Shown here: positions 52,550 to 62,855 of the stretch, piece after piece | How the letters are laid out: each line of letters opens with the position of its first letter | How positions within the stretch are numbered: position 1 is the first letter of the stretch | Notes under the pieces: generated by a model | The model's database searches: none | Seen by the model: the letters and a program-made list of their open reading frames with translations, nothing else | What the model was told of the DNA's origin: nothing | Program-made: the position numbers and the translations under genes | Assembly: GCA_977017575.1 (NCBI GenBank) | Contig: CDRNVI010000041.1 | Coordinates: 1 to 64,000, forward strand | Direction of reading: 5' to 3' | DNA: 64,000 bases | From: Paramoeba atlantica | Taxonomy: Eukaryota > Protista > Discosea

Positions 52550-55501
52550 ATGAATAGTTTCTGCGCACAGAGTGAGAGCGATATTCTTGACGACTTTTTG
52601 CTTTCTTTACGTTCATCTTTCGGCACCTCCTGGTGTGAGGCGTTATCCAACCAAATTAATGACAGAAACAGCATTCTTGATGTAACAAACGAACAAAACT
52701 CAGATTCTTTTGCCACGTTACCGTGTACTGTTGTAGCAGAACTAAGCCTTGTATCAGTTTTGGATACTCTGTTGGAAAATGAGGATAAAACGGAACAGCA
52801 AATCGATATCGGGTTATGTTTTTCTAGGCTTCATTCCAGAATTAAGTCAAAGTTAGATCAGATGACTTGTTCAGGGTCAAAAAGAAAAACCTATGACGAA
52901 CTTTTGCATCTGATCGAGCGGTACTTTATACTGCAATGGACCGAAGATATGTTTGGCGAAAATACCATTCCGCGGTCCATAAGGCATGGAACAACACCTT
53001 TCATTGTGAAAACGTTGTCTTTACTCGCGCCACATGAATCACAAAATCGCATCAATTCGAAGCTTCATACTGAAACCCTTCAAATTGAGCATTCCTTTTT
53101 ACGCTCAGCCTGCACGGCTGCCATGAAGCAACAGCGGATGTCGAAAGACTTGGCATTGTTAGTTGACTTTTTGTTTCACGGAATAGACTCAACAAGCGTA
53201 CACAGCAGCCGTTGCGTACACATTGTACAGCAAATAATTAATGCAGAACCACAACTCGTATTGCAACACGGGATATTTCGAAACAACGGCTCCGAAATAG
53301 TGACACATATTGACAACGGTGTAAAATTGTCGAAACTTCCACTAGGACGTTTGCTAAATTTCACGATTGCACCCAAAGAATTCCTGCCTTCCGATGAATC
53401 CATATGGAGTGAGTTGCACGAAATATTACCACAGCTAAATCCGAAGGTCCATGTTCGATTTAATGCGAGCAACCAAATCGTTTTTACTTTGTTCCAGAGT
53501 GCATTGCGGTACGGCGATCGAAATCTCGCCATGCGATCCCTTGACAGAATATATTTCGTCAACGAAATATGGAACCGTGAGCGTGTCGATTATCTTAAAG
53601 TATCAACGCCTCATTGCCTCCTCAACGTGGCAAGCACAATTTTTCAGCTACTAGAACCCATCCAATCCGATGACGCCAAGCACTTTCCTCGCTTGGATCC
53701 AAACTTGTGGGCACACTCCGATTGTCCGATAAGAGCCATGCACCTCGAAAGCAAGTCAGACGACGAGAACGTGGTCATTCCTGCCATCAGTAATCTATTT
53801 TTTATGGGACTCAACTATTTTCATTTGACAGCAGGTTTGATTCGACACCAAGAGACCGTTACCCCCATGCTTCAAAGACAGTATGAACTGGTACGGAACC
53901 GCCACACTCCATCCGATAAAAGCCAAAAGCTTTACATTTCCCACATTCAACGCATGCTCCTCATTCTGATGAGCGTTCTCCACGAAACCACCTTCCTTCG
54001 CCATCTCCAGAATTTCGCACACTACCTCACACGCTGGCTCTTCTACCTCGCCACCGGCCAACCCAACACCTTCACCCTCCCCCCCACCCCCCACGCCCCC
54101 ACCACCTGGTCCCTCCTCCCCCAAGACCTCTTCACCGACCTCGCGGACACCCTCACCCATCTCATCCGCCTCCCCTCCCTCCCTACAGGCGCCCCACAAC
54201 CCCTCCACCTGCTCCGTTTCGTCGCGGCCTTTATTGCCCACCCCGCCTACATGACCAACAAGCACCACCGCGGGCGCTATGCCTTTCTCCTGCGCGCGTT
54301 GCTGATCCCCGTGACAACCACAGCAACCGTAACAACGGCAACTCCTCCTCCTCCTACGAACGCTTCTCCCTCTGCCTTACCCCCCGATCTCCTCGAGTCC
54401 CTTCTCTCCACAGCCCTACGGCTCTATGTCGATGTGGAGTCCTTAGGGGAAGACAAGCTCCCGCCCCGGCACCATCTCAACTGTGTGCTGCGATTCCTCT
54501 GGCAGGCCTACCCGGGGGCCAGAGCCACGCTGGCGCAAGAGGCCGCGGAGAGGGGCATGGACTTTACGAAATTCATAAGTTATGTATTGTCCGATGCGAA
54601 TAAGATGCTGGAGGTGGCGCTGGTGAGGCTGCGGGAGATGAATGGTCAGGGGATAGAGGGGACGCGGGATGCAGAGGGGAGTTCGGCTGTCGGGAGTGAA
54701 CAGAATCCAGAGGAGAGGACCGATGATGAAGATGGCGAATGGGGAGGTGCGACGGGTGTGGAACGACTGCGGGGGTTGGAGAGTTCGGCGTTGTTTGCGC
54801 AGGAGGTGCTGTCGTTTGTGGCGCTGCTGTGTGGGGAGATTCCGGAGGCGTTGTTGCAGGGTCTGGTTACGGATCAGGTCGCGAGTATGCTGGATTATTT
54901 TTTGCTTCACCTCGCGGGACCGCGGATGAGGGAGATTCAACGTGTTCCGGAATATGTGATGAAACAGGCGGGGTTTCCGCACAGGCAACTGGTGGAGCAG
55001 TTGGTCCACTGCTTTGTCGGGCTCGCCCGCAGTCCGTGTCGTGAGACGTTTGCGGAGGCCATGTGTGCGGATGTACGGAGTTACTCCCCAGAGGGGTTTG
55101 ATCAGATTTTATCGTTTCTGCGTGCTAAGGCGGTACTTTCGGATCGACTGCCTGAATTAGAATCGTTTTTTGCGTACGTTCGTACCGTACACGGGAATCG
55201 ACAAGATCAGGAGGCGCTGTGGGGAGACCCACCCGAGCGGTTTATGTGTCAAATTACCTATGCAGTGTTGCTGCATCCTGTGGCGTTGCCAGAGATGCCG
55301 GAGGACGTTGTGGTTGAGCGTGACGCGATCTACCGCCATTTACTTTTTGACGAGCATAATCCATTTAACCGACAGCCGCTTACGCCCGCCGAACTCACTG
55401 ACTTTAATGCTAGAGACGAGGTGAGGGAAAAATGCGAACGTCTGAAGCATGAAATTGAAGAGTGGAAAGGTGAGAGATTAAGGGAAGGGCCTCGAAAATA
55501 G
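52550..55501 (+). CDS. UFD2: U-box E4 ubiquitin ligase (UFD2/UBE4)
   Basis: Ufd2 core (YMTNKHHRG, LLHLAGP) and U-box PERFMCQITYAVLLHPV...ERDAIYRHLLFDEHNPFNRQPLT. Confidence 0.9.
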   Translation: MNSFCAQSESDILDDFLLSLRSSFGTSWCEALSNQINDRNSILDVTNEQNSDSFATLPCTVVAELSLVSVLDTLLENEDKTEQQIDIGLCFSRLHSRIKSKLDQMTCSGSKRKTYDELLHLIERYFILQWTEDMFGENTIPRSIRHGTTPFIVKTLSLLAPHESQNRINSKLHTETLQIEHSFLRSACTAAMKQQRMSKDLALLVDFLFHGIDSTSVHSSRCVHIVQQIINAEPQLVLQHGIFRNNGSEIVTHIDNGVKLSKLPLGRLLNFTIAPKEFLPSDESIWSELHEILPQLNPKVHVRFNASNQIVFTLFQSALRYGDRNLAMRSLDRIYFVNEIWNRERVDYLKVSTPHCLLNVASTIFQLLEPIQSDDAKHFPRLDPNLWAHSDCPIRAMHLESKSDDENVVIPAISNLFFMGLNYFHLTAGLIRHQETVTPMLQRQYELVRNRHTPSDKSQKLYISHIQRMLLILMSVLHETTFLRHLQNFAHYLTRWLFYLATGQPNTFTLPPTPHAPTTWSLLPQDLFTDLADTLTHLIRLPSLPTGAPQPLHLLRFVAAFIAHPAYMTNKHHRGRYAFLLRALLIPVTTTATVTTATPPPPTNASPSALPPDLLESLLSTALRLYVDVESLGEDKLPPRHHLNCVLRFLWQAYPGARATLAQEAAERGMDFTKFISYVLSDANKMLEVALVRLREMNGQGIEGTRDAEGSSAVGSEQNPEERTDDEDGEWGGATGVERLRGLESSALFAQEVLSFVALLCGEIPEALLQGLVTDQVASMLDYFLLHLAGPRMREIQRVPEYVMKQAGFPHRQLVEQLVHCFVGLARSPCRETFAEAMCADVRSYSPEGFDQILSFLRAKAVLSDRLPELESFFAYVRTVHGNRQDQEALWGDPPERFMCQITYAVLLHPVALPEMPEDVVVERDAIYRHLLFDEHNPFNRQPLTPAELTDFNARDEVREKCERLKHEIEEWKGERLREGPRK

Positions 55502-55824
55502 TGCAGAGCCCCGAGATGAAGTCGGATTCTTGTTTAGCACGAAAGTATTCTTAAAGAACTTGTGATTGTTTGGTTACACTGTTAATTTCGTACGGGGTAT
55601 AAAGTTTATGCTTTTTTTACAGTTACTATTTGATCTTAATGTCGAAGCAGCGTTCTTTTCAAGCGCCTTCCAAGCATCGAGTAGTAAAGCCTAACCTATA
55701 CTCGAGAGATACGCCTCAAAGAAAGTGGCTGACTACCGAATTTTATGTTAATTTTTGGGCTCGATTCACTCAGCAAATTCAAACGTATCGCGTAGTCCAG
55801 TTTGCTCTTTATCTTGCTGCCCCG

Positions 55825-56220
55825 ATGTCTATCTCTTCACAGATACAGGCGGAGAGGTTCGTATCTCGGTTTATTCCTGCTGTCGGATTTCTCGCTTTCT
55901 GGTTAGCATTTTACTATGACACGTACTTTCTTGCTGTACAGCTCCTGTTTCTCGCTGCGCTCTTGTGTCTAGCACTCATTGTGCCATGCTGGCGTATTTT
56001 ATGGACAGTTGCTGATTCTGAGACAGATTTTATTCCCGAAGAATGGGTTCGATGCTATGAAGAAAAAGTAACCGAGGAAAAAGAGTACCAGCGAAATAAG
56101 GCACTAGCGGAGGGTAAGCCCGAGATCGATCTCTCACCCGGAGCATTGGCACAATCAGCGTTCCGACAGGTTATTCGCTTCGTTCAGTCGTGGAGGAAAC
56201 CCCATAATAAAGCTGACTGA
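55825..56220 (+). CDS. SPCS1: signal peptidase complex subunit 1-like (ORF open from 55630)
   Basis: SQIQAER...GFLAFWLAFYY...LIVPCWR aligns with SPCS1 GQKLAE...GFIYGY...LPPWP; two hydrophobic helices. Confidence 0.6.
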   Translation: MSISSQIQAERFVSRFIPAVGFLAFWLAFYYDTYFLAVQLLFLAALLCLALIVPCWRILWTVADSETDFIPEEWVRCYEEKVTEEKEYQRNKALAEGKPEIDLSPGALAQSAFRQVIRFVQSWRKPHNKAD

Positions 56221-56521
56221 GCGTAGAATACACCGCACTTTTCTTATTTGAAGTTAAAAGTATCACCGACAGTATCACCGACACGTACGTTAGTTTGCAG
56301 GAAAGATTACTTTTGACTTAAAAAGACAATGAATTCTAGTGTACTACTATTGACTACTGTATGTATATGTTGCCATTTACTAATTATTGGAGTGTAGTTC
56401 TGAAGTTTTTAAATTTACTCTTCTTAGAAGTCCTACTACGATCTTTCTAGTATCTACTTCGATGTGAGAACCAATTTTCCCTTGTCGATTATGAAAATCA
56501 ATAAGCGCGCGTTGAAATAAC

Positions 56522-57868
56522 ATGTCCGACGAAAATTTGGTCAGCATTGCAGACATGTATGGAAGGATTCGGTCCGAACAAGCTATTGAGCTGTTAACCA
56601 CAGAAGGCAGGGCACAAAAAATTATTCTTCACAGCCTCGTGCGAGACGTTTTTAGAGGTACTATTCCAAGTAGCTCCCCAGTGAGATTGCTCCTTATTGA
56701 CCTAGACTATTCTTTTGATTCGGAAAATTTCTCCAGACAATTATTTCCTTTGCAAGACCATGTAACGGACCTTGGACAAATTCTGAAATCTTGTTTTCAT
56801 CTCGTTCATCCCAGCACTTTTTCTGAGATAATTCAAACATTGCGTCGAGGCTGGTGCCGATCCGATGATGTGAAAGTTGAAGACGAAAGGACGGAAGTAG
56901 AGTGTAGTGTTCACACAGATAGGATTCAGCACCAAACGACGGTGCCCCCACAATCTGTTAAGCCATATACTGTGATTATTCTGAACGGTACCCTATCAGC
57001 GGCATATCTCCCCTACTCGACGTCGTATCCAAACGGTGCGCCTATGAAAGGGAGGCAAACACACTGTTCCCCAAGCATTGGATCTCTGTTTGATGAATGT
57101 CAGAGACGCGCAAGGCGACGTAAGTGTGGCGTGATTTGTGTTACGAGACTCTATGCGCATCGTCTCTCGGCTCTCTGGCCTCCTGCATACACAGAGAATC
57201 TCACAAGTCCACCGCAGCGTTACGAAAGTGTGGCCTCTTCTCTTGCTCATCAAATTCAAGAAACGACAGCGAGTATACATACCTCCCGATTTGGATCTCT
57301 ACACGGAAAACTTCCATCTTACTGCTTCGTATATTCTGCGCTGTATTACCCTTGGTGGTATAGAATCAGGTCAGAAAACTGGCTTTCGCATCGGATCTAC
57401 GTAAGGTTGAAACCAAATGTGGCAGAATCCGCACAAGGTCCAACCATGGAGAAATATGACCTCATTGAACTAAAGGGCGAGCGAGAACTTAGCACCCGAA
57501 AAAGCGAGACAGCAAAAGAATTTTTTCATAGTCTTCGTTCTGCAATGAAAGAGCCCGATCAGTTTGTTAATGCGAACATTCAATCAAATCACAGTTCAAA
57601 TTTTCCTTTGATTATAGACACTGTTGCTGGAACAGAATTCCAGTCCTTACACCGTAAGTTGCTTGCGTCGAAAAATATTTTGCGGTGCGATTCGGAAAAT
57701 AGTTCTCAAGGACATGTGTCCGAAAGTCACATTGCGAGACTGAACGATGAAACTCAACTTTCTTTACCCTATACCAAAGGTAATCAAAATGCAAATATTT
57801 CTACCTCTCCTACTTTCATAGCTTGGGAGGATGTTATGAAAGGCATCGGAGGTATTCCATCGGTTTAA
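56522..57868 (+). CDS. RAD51 paralogue, XRCC2-like, with degenerate P-loop
   Basis: IELLTTEGRAQKIILHSL...LLLIDLDYSFD parallels XRCC2 LEFHGPEGTGKTEMLYHL...VLFIDTDYHFD. Confidence 0.5.
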   Translation: MSDENLVSIADMYGRIRSEQAIELLTTEGRAQKIILHSLVRDVFRGTIPSSSPVRLLLIDLDYSFDSENFSRQLFPLQDHVTDLGQILKSCFHLVHPSTFSEIIQTLRRGWCRSDDVKVEDERTEVECSVHTDRIQHQTTVPPQSVKPYTVIILNGTLSAAYLPYSTSYPNGAPMKGRQTHCSPSIGSLFDECQRRARRRKCGVICVTRLYAHRLSALWPPAYTENLTSPPQRYESVASSLAHQIQETTASIHTSRFGSLHGKLPSYCFVYSALYYPWWYRIRSENWLSHRIYVRLKPNVAESAQGPTMEKYDLIELKGERELSTRKSETAKEFFHSLRSAMKEPDQFVNANIQSNHSSNFPLIIDTVAGTEFQSLHRKLLASKNILRCDSENSSQGHVSESHIARLNDETQLSLPYTKGNQNANISTSPTFIAWEDVMKGIGGIPSV

Positions 57869-57926
57869 ATTGTGCATACTCCTATTTCCTCCGATTTAGC
57901 TCAGTATACTCCCCCTGTCATTAATA

Positions 57927-59519
57927 CTGTCCCCCCCCCTACTTAAGCGCAACCGGGTTTTGGCCGAAAATTGCGCTTAAGTAGCCGGGTCAAAAATATC
58001 TCAAGGGGAAAAGATACACCCATGGACAGAAGTGTGCCCCCGGCCTGGCAAATGTCATTTTTTTCACCCGTTTTTTCTCATTTTTTCAGCATTCGAAAGA
58101 TCTCGTTCCCCTAGCGAAGAGCTTTGCCGCCTTTGCTTCATAGGGACCCCCTGGTACCCCCTGTTTCCAAAAAACATGGTTTTATTGCCCGTTTTTTTGG
58201 AACACAGTCAATTTCTCTAGTATATTATCTTTTTTTCTCCCTGTTTTTCTTCATGAGGACCCCGCCTCGTATAAATCATAAACGATTTGTCGATTTCGGA
58301 GCGAATAGAGATAGTCAAACAGCATAAATCCACACAACTTTGTAGTTTTAAGCCACACAACTCTGTAACCCTGACAAAGGCCACAGAAAAGGCGTTTAAT
58401 GCTCTAAAACGTGCACCACATAGATAGAAAGTGTTGAATTCCATCAAATCTGTTCCTAAACGTATGCAAATAGTTATTCAGACCAATGGGGAGCATTGCG
58501 GATATTGATACTTCTTCCTTTTTTCTCATTTTCTCATTGAAAGGGTGATTTTTTTCTAGATGTCTAATGTACCATTTTTTGTTTTTGGTCTACTTTGGGG
58601 TCACCACCAGAGCACCAGGGGGTCCCTATAAAAAAAAGGCGGCAAAGCTCTTCGCTAGGGGAACGAGATCGCTCGAATGCTGCAAAAATGAGAAAAAACG
58701 GATAAAAAAAATGGCATTTGCCAGGCCGGGGGCACACTTCTGTCCATGGGTGCATTTCGGACAAAAAAAGGCATTGAAAAAAAGTCGCGCCGCTTCGCGG
58801 CGCGGATAGCATCTGTACTTCTTAGTATTTATGTTGTGTACTTATGTTTCGTGAGCCATCTTCTAATCGGTGCCGTCTTCAAACTGTTCCTCACCTTCGT
58901 GTCCTCGGTAAGTGCGGGGGGGGATGGGATGCAACGTGTTTGACGATTCTGTGCATTTGCATATTGTAGCTACGATTCGTTAAAAGAAACAGAAAATAAC
59001 TAAAAGCGAAGTTGCTTTAAAAAGGAGACTGCTTGTAAATTATATTTTAACAACTTTTGTAGGCGCAGTAATAAATTTATACATGTATAACCATGTAAAT
59101 TTATATATGATGCAGTAGAAGGCTGTAGTAGTACACATCGATACGGGGATGGGGCTCCTGTATCCGTACCCAGTCAGTCAATTTTCTAGTTTGTGCTGAG
59201 GATTGAGCTGAAGGTGGGGAGAGCAATGAAGGGGGTTGAATAGGGGGGGGGTGACATTCTATGCTGAGGATTGAGCTGAAGGTGGAGAGAGAACTATAAT
59301 GGAAAAAAACAAAGAAATATAAAAAAGCTAGCCAGAGTGTAATGAGTCGATGAACAAAAAATCGTACATGCCATAAAAAATATATAAAGCCATATTAACA
59401 ATAAAAAAATCATCTAAAAAAAAATCGCGCCGCGTCGCGGCGCCGTGTTCGTCGTGCCTCAATATTGCGCTTAAGTAGCCGTGTCAAACGGTTGCGCATA
59501 AGTGGGGGGGGGAGGGCAG
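57927..59519. mobile_element. TA-flanked TIR element, family D (~1.6 kb)
   Basis: TA|CTGTCCCCCCCCCTACTTAAGCGCAACC ... GGTTGCGCATAAGTGGGGGGGGGAGGGCAG|TA; subterminal TTGCGCTTAAGTAGCCG at both ends. Confidence 0.75.
58017..58752. repeat. fold-back element with 139-bp inverted arms
   Basis: 58017-58155 and 58614-58752 are near-complementary (also visible as the mirrored ORFs 58032+ and 58564-). Confidence 0.85.
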
Positions 59520-59980
59520 TAATGATGATCTTAAAAAAGTTATTGTTCGAGGTGGTGAAAACTCTTAAAAAATTATGAACTTATTTTCATGCACGCAGGA
59601 TTTTCTTACAAAAAATTTTGTGTCTTAAAAAAAACGTTTTTTGAACTAAAAAACTACTCGTAAGGTTTCAAAAACTTCCCAATCGTGTTTTTTGTCGAAA
59701 ACGATGTACTCGCCCTGCCAGAAATAATGATAATGATAATAATAATCTCAAAAAAATTATCAATCTTGAGGATTATCATTATCATTATTAATGACAGGAG
59801 GAGTAGCTTGTTTTAGCAACGTTTTGCTTAATTTCCTGATTTGGACCCATTGTACGATTTTGTTACAGCTGAGCACATGTTCTTTAATTTCCTTGACCTT
59901 CCTTTCCATTTTTTTAACACAGTTTTTTACCTTGCAAAATAATAAACTTTTGCCTTACTGTATCTTGCTCGAATTGACAG

Positions 59981-62620
59981 ATGCTTCTTGAGGTTCGTTC
60001 GCATAGAACATGGAGACCTCCGTCCGCGGGCGGGTCACAAATTGAGGTAAGTTCTGAAACACCCGAAGCCTCTGCCTACAGAATGTTGATCACTCAATCC
60101 GTTCCTCTTTCTATTCAACTTACACGAGGCAGTCTTCTTTTTAGTAATTGTCTAGAGAACCGTTTCTTAGCACATGCATGCGGTCGCCCGAATGTGTGTG
60201 AGCGCATTCGTTTATCAGATTTCGATATAAAACAAGTGAATTCATCAGCATGCAAAGAACAGGGATATCAAAGTATTGGCACATTTACGGATAACCGTTC
60301 TGCCCCTATTCCACTCTGCATAACAGGAGTTCCCGGCACGCAGTCGTGCGCGTATCTGGTAGGCACCTTAAATGGGCTTCACGAAATACAAAAAGGGGTT
60401 CCGTATTCCACATTGAAATACACGCTCTCCGATGAAGTACATGCCATACAATGTGTTAGTGCCACACACGCAGTGCTGGGACTAGGAGACGGAAGTCTTG
60501 CGCTGTACTCTTTTAAAACTGGAATTACAGACACAACCCGCTCGCTTGTCCCTGGGATACAGAAAATACCCATACGTCAGCTTTTGCACCACAGCCGAAA
60601 TGAAATGATCTTTGCACTTCATGGAGATTTTTTCATTGGGCTTCAGTATGATTTAACCTCCGAACGGTTTCGAACACAGGAGAGCGATGCTGTACTTTGC
60701 CACACATTACTTCATGCGCCCCGACTGGGTTCATTTTGTGTTTTAGCTCATTTTAAGATACCCACGTTGACCTTTCTCACATGGGTGGATAAAACGAATC
60801 TGCTACAATTTGAGTGGAATCCAGAGCAGCCCGAGGCGCTTCGAGAAACGAATGTGGCCTGGTTGGAGACGTTCACATCTAGAGATACCTGCAGTGATGT
60901 CACCAGCACACTTGCCTCTGAGGATGCAGTACTGCTCGGAGATGATAGTGGAACACAAAGCTTTAGTAGAATGGGCACAATACAGGGATTATGCACTTCA
61001 AAGGAAAGTGATAAAGGAGTAGCCGTTATTATCCTGTCCAACACGCATATACTCGTACAAAACTATACAGTCGGACGCTGTTTACTTGTGTGTTCGGGTA
61101 GCTTGCAAATAATACCATTACATCATCCGTTTGAGGATTCGGTTCTTATGTCGCTGGATCGTGAGAATTACTTTCTGTGGTGCGCCGGATATCATTCCAC
61201 AGGTCATTTAGCACTATGTGCACAAAATCAGAGCACTGGAGCTGTACATTCTTGGCATATTGCACCAAAGGAAGCAATTGCGTTTTCAGGCGACGAAAGT
61301 GCATTTGAGATCGAGGAAAAAATATCCGACTTTAGGAAGCATGATAGAACCATTGGGTCCGCACTAGGGGTCCGCTCTCAAATAGAAACTTGGCGGCGAA
61401 TAGAAATCATGAACATGTTAAAAATGCGAGAATTTCCATTTCAGGAATGGACCGTTTTTGCGGAACAAATACGCTCATCTAGTAACTTGATTTTGCGCCA
61501 ATCTCATGTGTTAGATAAAACAGTTGAAGAGCTTCGCATTTGTATTATCGGGGGACATTTAGGCCCGAATTTGCCGATATTCGACTTTGTTTCCAGAACA
61601 GTCGAGGAATCAATTTCGGCCACACAGGAAACTCATGAAAACAATATTGTAGGGGCATATCAGAGATTGATCCAAAGCTTCCCCGTATTGAAGCCTTATG
61701 AAGTGAGGTTAAAGAAATGCTTATCTGATGATTTTTCGGATTGGGTTCGCCTTGAACTTAGCTCGGAAATGATGAGTTCAATGCGTTCCTCATTAACATC
61801 GACAGATTCTTTGACGTACTCATTGTGTGCGCTTCGACACGTGCAATTTCTGGTTGATCGCTCTCTATCCCTTCGTATTCAAGTCTTATACGTCTTCTGT
61901 GAAACTTATACATCCAGGACTGAGATGTGCAGAAATTTGGGTTGGAATGTCGACGAAGCGCTACTATGCACATTTCTTAGACAGGTGGACCACGATCCTA
62001 GTAAAATGGACCCATTCACTTTCGATTCAGCTTACGGTTTGCCAATGAGTATATTTCCGCTTTCTTTGCGACGGCTGTGTTTTGGTTTAGTTTGGAACGC
62101 GTGCATGCAATGTGATGGTGAACTGAAACATTTGTCGAAACATGCCCCAACTTTAAATACAAGACCTTACGATACTCAAGCAACTTGGACACATTCTTCT
62201 CATCACGCGCATGCCGTCCAAGACTTTGGAAGCTCTCGAAATAAACAACCTGATTGGTTGATTTTTAGATCCCATTCCACGACGATATTGAGCCCTACGG
62301 AATTTCACTCTCCTTCTACCTTTTTTGTTGCTTTGGCTGGAATAGTAGACAAAGATATACGAATTATGCTTTTCGCGTTGTTTGCATCGTGTCTTGAAAA
62401 GAATTCTACAGTGTTGTTCCACACTTGGATTCCACACTTTGGCACTGATGAACTATTGCTTTGCCTAGGAAATGATTCACTGATGAAAGTACTTATACTT
62501 TTAGGTCGTGGAGATGACAAACGTGCATACGAAATCGCTAAAAGGGACGACAATGCCACACAATCCGAAGCTGTATGTTTGCGTAAGGTGGTAGAGGAAT
62601 TGGGGAAGAGATTCTCTTAA
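59981..62620 (+). CDS. hypothetical protein, 879 aa (beta-rich N-half, helical C-half; nucleoporin-like architecture possible)
   Basis: Long ATG ORF; family not recognised. Confidence 0.65.
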   Translation: MLLEVRSHRTWRPPSAGGSQIEVSSETPEASAYRMLITQSVPLSIQLTRGSLLFSNCLENRFLAHACGRPNVCERIRLSDFDIKQVNSSACKEQGYQSIGTFTDNRSAPIPLCITGVPGTQSCAYLVGTLNGLHEIQKGVPYSTLKYTLSDEVHAIQCVSATHAVLGLGDGSLALYSFKTGITDTTRSLVPGIQKIPIRQLLHHSRNEMIFALHGDFFIGLQYDLTSERFRTQESDAVLCHTLLHAPRLGSFCVLAHFKIPTLTFLTWVDKTNLLQFEWNPEQPEALRETNVAWLETFTSRDTCSDVTSTLASEDAVLLGDDSGTQSFSRMGTIQGLCTSKESDKGVAVIILSNTHILVQNYTVGRCLLVCSGSLQIIPLHHPFEDSVLMSLDRENYFLWCAGYHSTGHLALCAQNQSTGAVHSWHIAPKEAIAFSGDESAFEIEEKISDFRKHDRTIGSALGVRSQIETWRRIEIMNMLKMREFPFQEWTVFAEQIRSSSNLILRQSHVLDKTVEELRICIIGGHLGPNLPIFDFVSRTVEESISATQETHENNIVGAYQRLIQSFPVLKPYEVRLKKCLSDDFSDWVRLELSSEMMSSMRSSLTSTDSLTYSLCALRHVQFLVDRSLSLRIQVLYVFCETYTSRTEMCRNLGWNVDEALLCTFLRQVDHDPSKMDPFTFDSAYGLPMSIFPLSLRRLCFGLVWNACMQCDGELKHLSKHAPTLNTRPYDTQATWTHSSHHAHAVQDFGSSRNKQPDWLIFRSHSTTILSPTEFHSPSTFFVALAGIVDKDIRIMLFALFASCLEKNSTVLFHTWIPHFGTDELLLCLGNDSLMKVLILLGRGDDKRAYEIAKRDDNATQSEAVCLRKVVEELGKRFS

Positions 62621-62855
62621 AGACTTTGTGTCGAATGTGTATTTCGGAGTGTGCAATACGTGCACTGTTTTAGTTTTTTACTCATTTTTCCTTCGTGCTT
62701 GTATGGGTTCATTACATGTGTAGATTCTAGAATTAATTCAACGGATGAGGATTTACATTTTATTCCTGGGCGATAATGAAAATTACAGAAATTTAGATAA
62801 TCAAAGTTTATCTCATATTTCTATTCTTAATTTTCAGTAATCGCAGGGTAGAAGG

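Larger units (their letters stand above)
57909..59803. mobile_element. Stowaway-like MITE (outer shell of a nest)
   Basis: TA|CTCCCCCTGTCATTAA... and ...TTAATGACAGGAGGAG|TA; left TIR split by an inserted element. Confidence 0.75.
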
